Virus record (IMG/VR): IMGVR_UViG_3300036791_000851
Location: 2,600 to 66,599 of that record
Reading direction: 5' to 3' (one strand)
Length of the DNA: 64,000 nucleotides
Origin: a virus
Positions 47,614 through 56,781 of this stretch are shown here, one piece after another. Every line of letters begins with the position of its first letter. The stretch's first letter is position 1. Under the pieces are notes generated by a model that searched no databases, had not been told where the DNA came from, and saw nothing but the letters and a program-made list of their open reading frames with translations. The position numbers and the translations under genes are program-made.

Positions 47614-48538
47614 GCGCGCCAGCGCAAATGCGAGCGCCTCGCGAGGCTGCAGCACATCATCGATATCAACAGAGCTAAGAATATCGGGGAGCGAGCGCGC
47701 TTTGCGCTTGCACGAATCAGCGCGCAGTGCTGCGATGATGAGGTTGGGCGGGTACCGGCTTGCCTGTTAAGCTATTGAGCGCCCACAACAAAAGGCCCCA
47801 GAGCTTGCGCTATGGGGCCCGCTAGATGGGATTAGATGGGATCGCATTTGGGACTACGACAGTATTCCTTCCATATCCCATCTAGCGCTGATGCGCAACA
47901 GTCGGTTGGCCTGATCTACCAATCGAAAGCGCGCGGTATGCCGGTCGCCAGCCGGTCTCGGGGCGCGCTCTAACAATAGGGCCCGAGCAGTGGGCGTTCA
48001 AGGAGGAACGCTTCAGCAATCCCAGCCTCTGAGCGCCCGCCGCGGCGCAATGCACTCACACGTCTCATCGGCAGCGTGGGGCAAAAAGGGGGTAGGGGGT
48101 TGCTGCCCCAAACAGTGGACTACCAAGAAAGCGAAGGAAGAAGAAGCAAGTAAGAGGTCCGGCAGCGATATGACTACAAAGGGTGGTCAGTGGACATCGA
48201 ACGCAAAATGGTTCTCGACACAGGTCTGCCGGCATTGTGGTCAGGCCGGCGGCTTGTTCGATCGGGCGACGTTCGAGGGGGCGCCCGTCGATGGCGTACC
48301 GATACATCGTGACTGCCTGGTTGTTTGGTTTGCGAGGATGGACGATCGTGGTTGGGCAATTGGTGCGAGGGAGTTGTGATGTCGGCCAAGTTTTATCACC
48401 GGGGCGATTACTGCTTCGTGAGCCTCGATCACTCGGATGCTGACCTACCCTATGGTCTGTGTCCCGTCAGCGTCGTGGGCTATGGCAAGTGGCACTGGTG
48501 CTCGGCCTCGTTCTGGATGGTGCCCGGGTGGTGATGCG

Positions 48539-48883
48539 ATGCCGCACTGGCACGAGCGCGCGATCGGCGGACCATCGATGATCTGTGACGTCTGCGGCCG
48601 CGGTCCCGACGGTGCCGCTCGCGTATTCGTGCATCCGCGCTGGCGCGCGCTCAGGACGAGAGATGAAACGCTCGCCTGGGCACGCACGGCCGGCCGGCGT
48701 ATAGGTGAGGAGCTGCGAATGGAGATCGAGCGTGAGCGCGGACAGCGCGGCGAAATGCACGAGTGGGAGCGGCACATCCTTGCGCTGCGTGCCGAGATTG
48801 TTAATGCTGGCAATCAGATCAAAGCCGAAAGCAAAGTCAAAACCGAGAGCAAAAGCGATGGCAACAAGCATCAAAGCGCCTAA
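48539..48883 (+). CDS. Hypothetical protein with CxxC
   Basis: CDVC; position within the operon. Confidence 0.4.
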   Translation: MPHWHERAIGGPSMICDVCGRGPDGAARVFVHPRWRALRTRDETLAWARTAGRRIGEELRMEIERERGQRGEMHEWERHILALRAEIVNAGNQIKAESKVKTESKSDGNKHQSA

Positions 48884-49202
48884 GCCGAAGCCGAGCGTTA
48901 CCACACTCGCGGCTGCCGACGATGCGGCTGCCAATCAAGTGGTATTCACCGCCACCGTCGAAGGCGAACAAGGCGGCGGCCCGGCGCCCACTGGCACGAT
49001 CACGTTCAAGGATGGCACCAAGGTCGTTGCGACGGTGGTCGTCGATGCCAGCATGATCGTAGCCGCCATGCCCGCAGCTGCGGTGACTGCGGAATATAGC
49101 GGCGATGCCAAGTGGGGGCCCAGCACCTCCAATGCGCTCAGTCCGCCCTATGTTTCAGCGCGCACACCCTTCGTTGAAACGCGCGCAGAGCGCAGGCCAT
49201 GA
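48858..49202 (+). CDS. Ig-like (Big_3-type) domain protein
   Basis: V.FTATV......PTGTITF.DG......V....VTAEYSGD....STS. Confidence 0.75.
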   Translation: MATSIKAPKPKPSVTTLAAADDAAANQVVFTATVEGEQGGGPAPTGTITFKDGTKVVATVVVDASMIVAAMPAAAVTAEYSGDAKWGPSTSNALSPPYVSARTPFVETRAERRP

Positions 49203-49290
49203 CATCCCGCCAGCCACAGAAGGCCGCGCTACGCCTCAGCGGTGACCTCTGACAAGGCCGCGATCTAACAACTCTCCATCCCTCAACTAA

Positions 49291-49752
49291 ATGGCCTACA
49301 CTCATCCCATGGCCACCCCAACCCCAATAACACCATGGAAGCCACAACGAACCCCAAAAGGTACATTCGTTAAGGGGCATTCAGGCCATCCCGGTGGTGA
49401 TGCTGGTCGGGCGCGTCGTGAGCTAAACACCGACACGATCCGCGAGATGCACCGAGCCTTCCGGCTCGGTGGAAGGAAAGCCATTGACAAGGTGATGAAG
49501 CAGCAACCAGCGATATTCCTTAAGCTATTGGTGCTCCTGGTCCCGCGTGAGTTGGAGGTTTCACACACCAACATCATCAAGAGCATGACCGACGAACAGA
49601 TCGAGGCCGCGATCGAGGCTATCCAGAACATGCTGGCCGCGCGCGATGCCGGGGCTGCGGCGAAGGTGATCGAGCACCAGACGACGGCATTGCCGGCACC
49701 GCGGAAACGCAAGGTGGCTTCCCCCCTACTTCCCAGCAATGGGGCCGAATGA
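49291..49752 (+). CDS. Putative terminase small subunit
   Basis: G.F.KG.SG.P.G N-terminal motif; P..FLK....L.P; MTDEQ; precedes the terminus-like DNA. Confidence 0.6.
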   Translation: MAYTHPMATPTPITPWKPQRTPKGTFVKGHSGHPGGDAGRARRELNTDTIREMHRAFRLGGRKAIDKVMKQQPAIFLKLLVLLVPRELEVSHTNIIKSMTDEQIEAAIEAIQNMLAARDAGAAAKVIEHQTTALPAPRKRKVASPLLPSNGAE

Positions 49753-50087
49753 CTAAGCCGTTGGCATTGCTGTGGTTATGTAAGTAGACATACTGCCTAT
49801 CCCACAGTTTTATCGCATTTTTGCGATTCGCCATTAGCGCTTTTGGCACGAGCGCCCATGGCCTGGTCATGCGCCCCCGCGGGGCCCGGCGAGGGGGGGG
49901 AGGGGGGCGGACGAAAAAACTTTTTTTGCCCTCGGCCCCTCCCCCAAATGCCCGCCATTTTTTCGTTCTGAGGAGGTAAGGTACTGATATGATTGCGTTA
50001 TATGCTAGTTTGCTGTGGACGTCCGAAGACGGTGTGTTCTTTTCTGCTCCGACCATCTAAGTAATTATTTTTGCTGGGGATTTTTCA

Positions 50088-50177
50088 TTTGTACAGTTTG
50101 TACAGTTTGTACAATTTGGACGACTTGTACAGTTTGGACAACTGGGACAATTGGGACAATTGGGACAACTTGTTCAG
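50088..50177. repeat. Ten degenerate tandem 9-mers (e.g. TTTGTACAG, TTGGGACAA)
   Basis: Read directly from the sequence. Confidence 0.9.
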
Positions 50178-50255
50178 ATGATACCTGGCCTGTTTTCGTT
50201 CTGACCACCTAATAGGTTGGGATTGCTGGGATTTTCGTAGTATTAGGACGTACGG

Positions 50256-50615
50256 CTAACCTAGGGGGTTAGCTGCGCGGGCTTTTTTGCGGGCGCGGTA
50301 GTTACGGGCGCGTTCGGCGTTTGAGAGTTTTGTTGGGGAGGGGGGTCGACCTCTGGGACGGGTGGCCTTTTTTGGACGCGGGTCCTTCATCACGGAAATT
50401 GTGGGATTTGGTGTGGGGGGCTTTGGAGTTTTCGTGATGGATATGGGAGGATTTTTTGTGACGCGCTCTGGGATTAAGGGGGCGCGGCGTTTGGTTGGTG
50501 GTGGGGTGAGGCCGCGGGAGGTATCGGCGCGCGGGGAGCCGTGTGAGGGGGTGATGCCTGGGCAGATGCGGGTCCAGTGGCGTTGACCGCAGATTTTACA
50601 GAGGGGGATTTCCAT
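50256..50615 (-). CDS. Small DNA-binding protein (Zn knuckle + AT-hook + basic helix)
   Basis: CKIC..RH....C; PRGRP; SNAERARNYRARK. Confidence 0.6.
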   Translation of the reverse strand: MEIPLCKICGQRHWTRICPGITPSHGSPRADTSRGLTPPPTKRRAPLIPERVTKNPPISITKTPKPPTPNPTISVMKDPRPKKATRPRGRPPSPTKLSNAERARNYRARKKARAANPLG

Positions 50616-50848
50616 GGCTTCAAATCATCAGGCTCGGCTGCGGTATTTGTGTGCGGGGCCTTATCCGTCGGTATCTGATCAGGCTTTACGGTTGCGTGCG
50701 GAGGCTATTTCCGAGGCTGTGCCGGTGTGGCCGCTCGAGCATTACATCGAAGTGGTGGAGGCTGTGAACGAGTATTTGCTGGGGCTTTTGGTCGCTCGGA
50801 TGCGTGAGCGGCGGCGTGATTTGTATGGCTGGTGAGGGGGTTGCTGCG

Positions 50849-51148
50849 ATGGCTAAGCGGTTGGTGAGGAGGTCGCGGGAGGCGGAGCTTGCGCGCCGGG
50901 TTTTGGCGGCGAAGAAGGCGCGGCGGCGGCAAGCTTTGAGGGATCATGCGTTGCGGGTGCAGGTTTCACGGGAAATGATGCCTATCATGACTGCGCTTGA
51001 GCGGCGTTATTTGGCGCGTTTCATCTGCTTGGGCTGTGAGATGTCGCTGGATCGTGATTATTGCGGCGCGGTCAATCCGGCCAAGCACTGTACGGCGGAG
51101 AGCCGGGCCGAACGCCGGGCCAAGGTGCTGGAGGGTTATCGGCCGTGA
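50849..51148 (+). CDS. Basic Cys-containing hypothetical protein
   Basis: GAGGGG RBS; CLGC..C..C. Confidence 0.45.
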   Translation: MAKRLVRRSREAELARRVLAAKKARRRQALRDHALRVQVSREMMPIMTALERRYLARFICLGCEMSLDRDYCGAVNPAKHCTAESRAERRAKVLEGYRP

Positions 51149-51447
51149 GCGACAGCTATATTGCTCGTTTGGCTGGCGAGCTTGACCGGGCCGAGACCAA
51201 GATCGTTAAGCTGGAGAGCGAGATCGAGCGGCTAAAAGCTGATTATGAAATCCAAATGCGCAAGACGGATGCCGCGGAAGCCGAGATCGAGCGGCTGACC
51301 GGCGAGATCAACCACGCCATGCTGCCGAAGACCATGCAGGAGATGGTTGCGATGATCGTGAAAGTTACCCCGGCGATCACCCGTGCCGAGGCGTTGGATA
51401 TGGTGGAGAAGGCGGTGGCGAAGGTGTTCAACGCAGCGGTGCCGTGA
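51145..51447 (+). CDS. Coiled-coil hypothetical protein
   Basis: GTGA coupling; EIERL repeats. Confidence 0.5.
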   Translation: MSDSYIARLAGELDRAETKIVKLESEIERLKADYEIQMRKTDAAEAEIERLTGEINHAMLPKTMQEMVAMIVKVTPAITRAEALDMVEKAVAKVFNAAVP

Positions 51448-51543
51448 CGAATTGACGAATGTTGTGTTGCGTTTCGTAAATGTTTCGCGGTAGCTTGGTA
51501 TTGTCGCGTCGCGAGCTTCAACCAAATCCTCGGAGGATGAAAA

Positions 51544-52176
51544 ATGGCTTCTATTCCAGTCACGATCATAGGCACGATGACTTACACGGAGGTCGGCGTC
51601 GGCGGCGGTCCGATGCCCGGAGGTCCGTTCCCCTCACATCCCATTGCCCCGGGAGGTCCGCCGCCCGGCATTTGGGGTGGTCCCGGCGCATTGCCGCCCT
51701 GGGTGATGCCGCCGATCGCGCCCGGAGGCCCCGGAGGGGCGCCGCCTGTTCCTGCCCACCCGATCGTGATCCCGCCGGATGCTATTGCCCCAGGTGTGCC
51801 AACGCATCCGATCTATATCCCGGTTTATCCGGCCCACCCGATCGTGATTCCGCCCGAGGCAATTGCGCCCGGCGTGCCCGCGCATCCGATCGTGTTGCCG
51901 CCACCTGGTCGCCCCGAGCATCCCATCGTAATCCCTCCGGATGCGATCGCACCAGGGGTACCGACGCATCCGATTGTGCTGCCACCGGTACCGCCGCTGG
52001 GCATTTGGGGTGGTGGCAATGAGCCGTTCCCGACGCCGCCGATCTACATTCCGCCGGGAACAGGCGGCGGTGGTGACAGGGAGCCGCTAGTCGAATGGAA
52101 AGTAGGCTGGTCGCCCAATACCGGATGGGTTGTCGTTGGTGTGCCGAACGTGCCGCACCCAGTTCCGTCGAAGTAA
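51544..52176 (+). CDS. Proline-rich PxHPI-repeat protein
   Basis: GGAGG RBS; seven HPI units. Confidence 0.75.
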   Translation: MASIPVTIIGTMTYTEVGVGGGPMPGGPFPSHPIAPGGPPPGIWGGPGALPPWVMPPIAPGGPGGAPPVPAHPIVIPPDAIAPGVPTHPIYIPVYPAHPIVIPPEAIAPGVPAHPIVLPPPGRPEHPIVIPPDAIAPGVPTHPIVLPPVPPLGIWGGGNEPFPTPPIYIPPGTGGGGDREPLVEWKVGWSPNTGWVVVGVPNVPHPVPSK

Positions 52177-52318
52177 TATCGCGCCAATCGACGCGGATAG
52201 GGCGTGGCCGCCCGACAAGGCCGCAGGTTTTGACACCGCACCACAGCGGCTTTCCGCGTTGATTTTTATGTTATGATTGGGAAGGATCAATCTTTTTGAG
52301 CACGGATAGGAGGCTCTC

Positions 52319-52666
52319 ATGCCGAGATCGATGACGACGCCGGTGGTCGGGAGTGTATTGCGCTATTACGCCAATGCCACGTCGGCGACGCCGCAGGCGG
52401 CGATCGTGGTCAATGTTCCGGATGGCACGCACTTTGACTTGTTTGTGCTCAGCGCCGCCGGGGTTGGCAGCGCGGTATTAGGCGTGCTGTTCTGCGACCG
52501 CAGCTTCAAGCCGTCGACGGCGTTCTGCGAGGCGATGTGGACCAACATCCGCCTGACCGGAGGGGTATCGCCGTCACCGTCGATGATGCAGCAGGACCTT
52601 GCCGGTCCGGCCGAAGAAAAGGAAGCGACGACGGCTCCCGGCAAGCCCAAGGACAAGGCCGCCTAG
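52319..52666 (+). CDS. Hypothetical protein
   Basis: AGGAGG RBS; P.VG..L.Y......AAIV..V.....L.V. Confidence 0.65.
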   Translation: MPRSMTTPVVGSVLRYYANATSATPQAAIVVNVPDGTHFDLFVLSAAGVGSAVLGVLFCDRSFKPSTAFCEAMWTNIRLTGGVSPSPSMMQQDLAGPAEEKEATTAPGKPKDKAA

Positions 52667-52904
52667 CTCACCAGCCGCGGCTTGGTCGGTGCGGGCGGCG
52701 GCGGCTTCGGCCATTGTTCCCGTGCCATCTTCTCTATTGTGGCGCGCATTTCGCGCGGGCGCACCCGGCTCGACAGCATCGGCCATTCCTGGTCGCGGCG
52801 CATCTCGACGATGAAAACCTCGCCGTCGTCGTCGGTCAGAAACACCGTGCCGTCCTTGCGCAGCTCGGCCTTGACGAAATACGGGCTTTTCAGTTTTCGC
52901 GCCA

Positions 52905-53192
52905 TCAGTTCTCCTTTCGCAGCAATTTGCGCATGGCCTGATCGAGCCTGGCCTTTTCGACGACGATGGCCACCGACGGCGTGATGTTGGCCTGCCGCAT
53001 GTCGTTGATCATGAGGTCGATCAGGAGGAGCGCGCTGTTGAGCGTCACGACCAGTGCCGCGCATTTATCGTTCAGCTCGGCGATGTTGGCGCCGGCGATC
53101 TTGAGCGCGACCTTGAGCCGCTCAGGATTGTCGGCCGCCAGTTCGCTGTCGACGGCGATCGCCACCAGCTGAGAGCCCGTCTCGTTTGTCAT
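52905..53192 (-). CDS. Coiled-coil hypothetical protein
   Basis: GGAG RBS; C-terminus (KARLDQAMRK) resembles that of 53189-53548 (KAQLDEAMRK). Confidence 0.55.
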   Translation of the reverse strand: MTNETGSQLVAIAVDSELAADNPERLKVALKIAGANIAELNDKCAALVVTLNSALLLIDLMINDMRQANITPSVAIVVEKARLDQAMRKLLRKEN

Positions 53193-53548
53193 GGTTTTGC
53201 TCCGCTGGGCCTGATGATCTTGCGCATGGCCTCGTCGAGCTGGGCCTTGCAGGATACCACCGATGGATGCATCGGCACGCCCGCCGGCCAGAACGCCATC
53301 AGCACCTCGGTCAGCTGGAAGGCGCGATCGAGCGCATGTACGATCAGCGCACCCTCGCGGCGCATCTTGTCCATCAGTATGATGTTCTCGGCATGGACAT
53401 TGGCGTGTTTTTCGATCTCTATTTCGAGGTATTGGTTGTCCTCAACTTGTCGGCGCAGCTTGACGTAGAGATCGGTAATCTCGGCCTTTAGCGCCGTGGC
53501 CTCCTCGGCATAGAGGTCGGCGCGCTCGCTGTGGCTGTGGTTGGGCAT
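53189..53548 (-). CDS. Coiled-coil hypothetical protein
   Basis: Coupled to, and possibly paralogous with, 52905-53192. Confidence 0.55.
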   Translation of the reverse strand: MPNHSHSERADLYAEEATALKAEITDLYVKLRRQVEDNQYLEIEIEKHANVHAENIILMDKMRREGALIVHALDRAFQLTEVLMAFWPAGVPMHPSVVSCKAQLDEAMRKIIRPSGAKP

Positions 53549-53587
53549 GTTGCGTTTGTAAACGCTGCGCTATAGGCTGGCAAGATC

Positions 53588-53764
53588 ATGGCCAGGCAAA
53601 AACCGGAAAATCGCGACGTCGCCATCATGCTGCGGGTGACAGCAAAAGAGCGCATCAAATTCCAACGGCACGCAGATAAGATGGGGCTCAAGCTGTCAAG
53701 CTGGATGCGGATGCAGCTGCTTGCGGCTGCAGGGGTGCAAAGTGGGACGGCGAAAAAAGACTGA
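53588..53764 (+). CDS. Ribbon-helix-helix protein (58 aa, missed by ORF track)
   Basis: MARQKPENRDVAIMLRVTAKERIKFQRHADKMGLKLSSWMRMQLL. Confidence 0.7.
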   Translation: MARQKPENRDVAIMLRVTAKERIKFQRHADKMGLKLSSWMRMQLLAAAGVQSGTAKKD

Positions 53765-55430
53765 GCTTGAGAAGCTGGTCGCACCCGAGGTGGCGCAAGC
53801 CTCGCTGCAGGCGCTGCAGGACGAAATCCGCGTGCGGCGTGAGCGCGCGCTCCAGGCCCGGCCGGAAGGCCTGGTAAGTTTCGTACGCTATTTCTGGAAC
53901 GTGCTCGAACCGGAAACCAAGCTGGTCGAAGGCTGGCTGCTCGACGCCATCGCCGAACACCTCGAAGCCATCACCTTCGGCAAGATCACAAGATTATTGG
54001 TCAACGTCCCGCCCGGCAGCATGAAATCACTCATGGTCAACGTGTTCTGGCCAGCCTGGGAATGGGGCCCGATGGGTATGCCCCACCTGCGCTTCGTGTC
54101 CTTCTCCTACTCCAGCGGGTTGACCGAACGTGACAACACCAAGTTCCGCAAGCTCGTCATGAGCGAAAAATACAAGGAGCTATGGGGTGACAAGTTCGCG
54201 CTCGAAAAGGAAGGCGAAATCAAGATCACCAACGACAAGACCGGCTCGAAGTTCGCCTCCTCGGTCAAAGGCATCGGCACCGGCGAACGCGGCGATCGGG
54301 TTGTCATCGACGATCCCCATGACGTTCATAAATCAGAAAGCGATGTCGTTAGAACCGATACTGTGCGTTGGTTTCGCGAAACGATCACCGACCGGCTCAA
54401 TAATCTTGACGATAGTGCCATCGTCATCATCATGCAGCGGGTGCATCAAGGTGACATTTCCGGCTTCATCCTCGAACAGGGCTGGCCCTACACCCACCTA
54501 ATGGTGCCGATGGAATACGAGGCCGGGCGCGAGCCTTTCAATGCGCTCGGCTGGACCGATCCGCGCACCGAAGACGGCGACCTGGCGTGGCCGGAGCGGT
54601 TCTCGCCCGAAGCGGTCGCCACCATCGAAAAAGAAAAAGGCTCCTGGGCCTACGCCGGACAATACCAGCAGCGCCCAGCACCGCGCGGCGGTGGCGTCAT
54701 TAAACGCGAGCACTGGCGCGCGTACACGCCCGACGAATGTGGGAAGTTTGGGATGCCCTGGCCCAAGTTCCCGATCATGAGCTACACGGTGCTCTCGCTC
54801 GATACCGCGCAGACCGAGAAGAAGCAGAACGATCCCTCGGCCGCAGTGGTTCTCGGCGTGTGTCGAGATATCTGGCAAAACCGCCGGCTCATTCTGATGT
54901 GGGGCTGGAGCGAGCGGCTGGAACTGTACGAGCTGATCAAGAAGATCGAGGAGACAGCCAAGAAGTACAAGGTCGACCGAGTCCTCATCGAGGACAAAGC
55001 GTCAGGCTATCCGGTCGCCCAGGAGCTGCGCCGGCGCGGCCGTACCATCGCCGAACGGCTGGCAAAGAACCCCAAGACGCTCGATCGTGCGGATTTTGGC
55101 GTGCAACTTATCTCCCCAGAAGGAGATAAGATCGCGCGCATGTACGCGGTGCAGAACCTGTTCGAATGCGGGCTGATCTATGCCCCCGCCGAAGGCGTGG
55201 GTGCGGAAATCGTGTTCAAGGACTGGGCCGACAAAGTCATCGGCGAATGCGAGGTGCTCGGCAAGGGCCAGCACGACGATCTCGCCGACGCGATGTCGCA
55301 GGCGCTCGCGCATCTGCGCGCCATCGGTCTGGCAACGCTGCCGGATGAAGACGACCTCGATGCGGAGGAAGCCAACAAGTATCACAAGCCGCCGCCGCCG
55401 ATGTACCCGGCCCACGGGCATTGGGGCTGA
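53742..55430 (+). CDS. terL: Terminase large subunit
   Basis: VPPGSMKS Walker A; IDDPH; YAGQYQQRP; SLDTA; IEDKASG; HDDLADA nuclease motif. Confidence 0.95.
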   Translation: MGRRKKTELEKLVAPEVAQASLQALQDEIRVRRERALQARPEGLVSFVRYFWNVLEPETKLVEGWLLDAIAEHLEAITFGKITRLLVNVPPGSMKSLMVNVFWPAWEWGPMGMPHLRFVSFSYSSGLTERDNTKFRKLVMSEKYKELWGDKFALEKEGEIKITNDKTGSKFASSVKGIGTGERGDRVVIDDPHDVHKSESDVVRTDTVRWFRETITDRLNNLDDSAIVIIMQRVHQGDISGFILEQGWPYTHLMVPMEYEAGREPFNALGWTDPRTEDGDLAWPERFSPEAVATIEKEKGSWAYAGQYQQRPAPRGGGVIKREHWRAYTPDECGKFGMPWPKFPIMSYTVLSLDTAQTEKKQNDPSAAVVLGVCRDIWQNRRLILMWGWSERLELYELIKKIEETAKKYKVDRVLIEDKASGYPVAQELRRRGRTIAERLAKNPKTLDRADFGVQLISPEGDKIARMYAVQNLFECGLIYAPAEGVGAEIVFKDWADKVIGECEVLGKGQHDDLADAMSQALAHLRAIGLATLPDEDDLDAEEANKYHKPPPPMYPAHGHWG

Positions 55431-55521
55431 TAACAAGGCCTAGCGAATCTCCCAGCTTAGAGGCTATGGTTGCGCGCCCCCAAGGGTCGCGCACGCGCGC
55501 GCCATAGGCCTTTAGCAACCG

Positions 55522-56421
55522 ATGCTCATTCTTGCCTCCGCCACCGACAAGCTGCAGATCGTCACCGCCAGCCCCGGCACGATCAATGTCCACGCCAGCT
55601 ATCTCGACAACGTCGCCGGCACGGTGGTGCCCGGCCGCAAGAATACGCAAGTAACCACCGCGACCACGACCGATGTGGTGCTCGCCCCCGCCGGCGGCAC
55701 CTATCGCAACCTCAAAACCTTGCAGGTCTACAACGCCGGCGCCGCAGCGAACACCGTCACCGTGCAACATACCGACGGCGCCACCGCCGCCCAGCTGCAT
55801 CAGGTCACGCTCGGCGCCCAAGCCACGCTGCAATATATCGATGAGATTGGATTCCTGATTGCCAATGCGCCGCGCCCCGGAAGCACCGTTCTCATCTCCT
55901 CGCAAGTCGTCACCACGCCGGTGGCAACAATCAATTTTGCCACTGGCCTTGACGCCACCTACGACGAATATCTGATCCGTATTCTTACATTGCGCCCGAG
56001 CGTTAACGATAGCCTGCGAATGCGCATCTCCGAGGACGGCGGTGCCACCTGGAAACAAGGCGTCAATGATTACGTCTGGGCCGGCATGTTTTGCGGCTTC
56101 AACACCCCCAATGGCACCGCCGGCGTGATCAAGAATGGGGGATTGGACAATGCCATTGCTATCTCCACCAACATCACCAGTGCGCCGCCCTATCTCAACA
56201 ACAATATCCGCCTGTCGGTCGCTTTCCCGGCCGCGTCTGGACAGACCAAGGAATTTGTCGTCGACGGCGCTACCCACGATCCCGTGGAAGGTATCTGTCG
56301 GCTCTGTCTGGCTGGCATGTATTTCGCCGATGCCAATCCTATCAATGGCATCCAGTTCTTCCTTGCCGGCGGCAATACTATTGCCGGGGGCACCTTCAAC
56401 TTCTATGGGATCGCCAAATAA
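55522..56421 (+). CDS. Virion structural/fibre-like protein
   Basis: Beta-rich sequence; C-terminal INGIQF....I.GGTF..YG. Confidence 0.65.
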   Translation: MLILASATDKLQIVTASPGTINVHASYLDNVAGTVVPGRKNTQVTTATTTDVVLAPAGGTYRNLKTLQVYNAGAAANTVTVQHTDGATAAQLHQVTLGAQATLQYIDEIGFLIANAPRPGSTVLISSQVVTTPVATINFATGLDATYDEYLIRILTLRPSVNDSLRMRISEDGGATWKQGVNDYVWAGMFCGFNTPNGTAGVIKNGGLDNAIAISTNITSAPPYLNNNIRLSVAFPAASGQTKEFVVDGATHDPVEGICRLCLAGMYFADANPINGIQFFLAGGNTIAGGTFNFYGIAK

Positions 56422-56774
56422 TGCTGCTGCTCACCTCGACCAGCGATCAGCTCCAGATCGTCACCAGCGCGGCGGCGTCGATCGACGTGCATGCGACCTG
56501 GATCGACACGCTGGGTGTCACCATCACGCCGGGACGCACCAACACCCATATCGCGGCGGTGGCGACCACGATCGCGGTCGGCTCGCCCGCAAGCTCGGCG
56601 CAGCGCAATGTCAAGACGCTGCACGTGCGCAACAAGGATGTTGCGCTGCTTTGTGGCATCATCGTCCAGGTCTTCGACGGGACGTTGACATTGCCGATCT
56701 ACAACGCCGCGCTCAAACCGGGCGAAATGCTGGAATTGACCGATATGGGCGGCCTCCAGGTCCAGCACGTATAA
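56421..56774 (+). CDS. Paralogue of the N-terminal domain of 55522-56421
   Basis: MLLLTSTSDQLQIVT..IDVHATWID...PGR.NT vs MLILASATDKLQIVT..INVHASYLD...PGR.NT. Confidence 0.75.
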   Translation: MLLLTSTSDQLQIVTSAAASIDVHATWIDTLGVTITPGRTNTHIAAVATTIAVGSPASSAQRNVKTLHVRNKDVALLCGIIVQVFDGTLTLPIYNAALKPGEMLELTDMGGLQVQHV

Positions 56775-56781
56775 GGCGCCG

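Noticed and set aside
50088-50177. ORF 50015-50212 (CTVCTV...) as a Cys-rich peptide
   Set aside because: Most simply the translation of a 9-bp DNA repeat in non-coding, skewed DNA; no clear RBS
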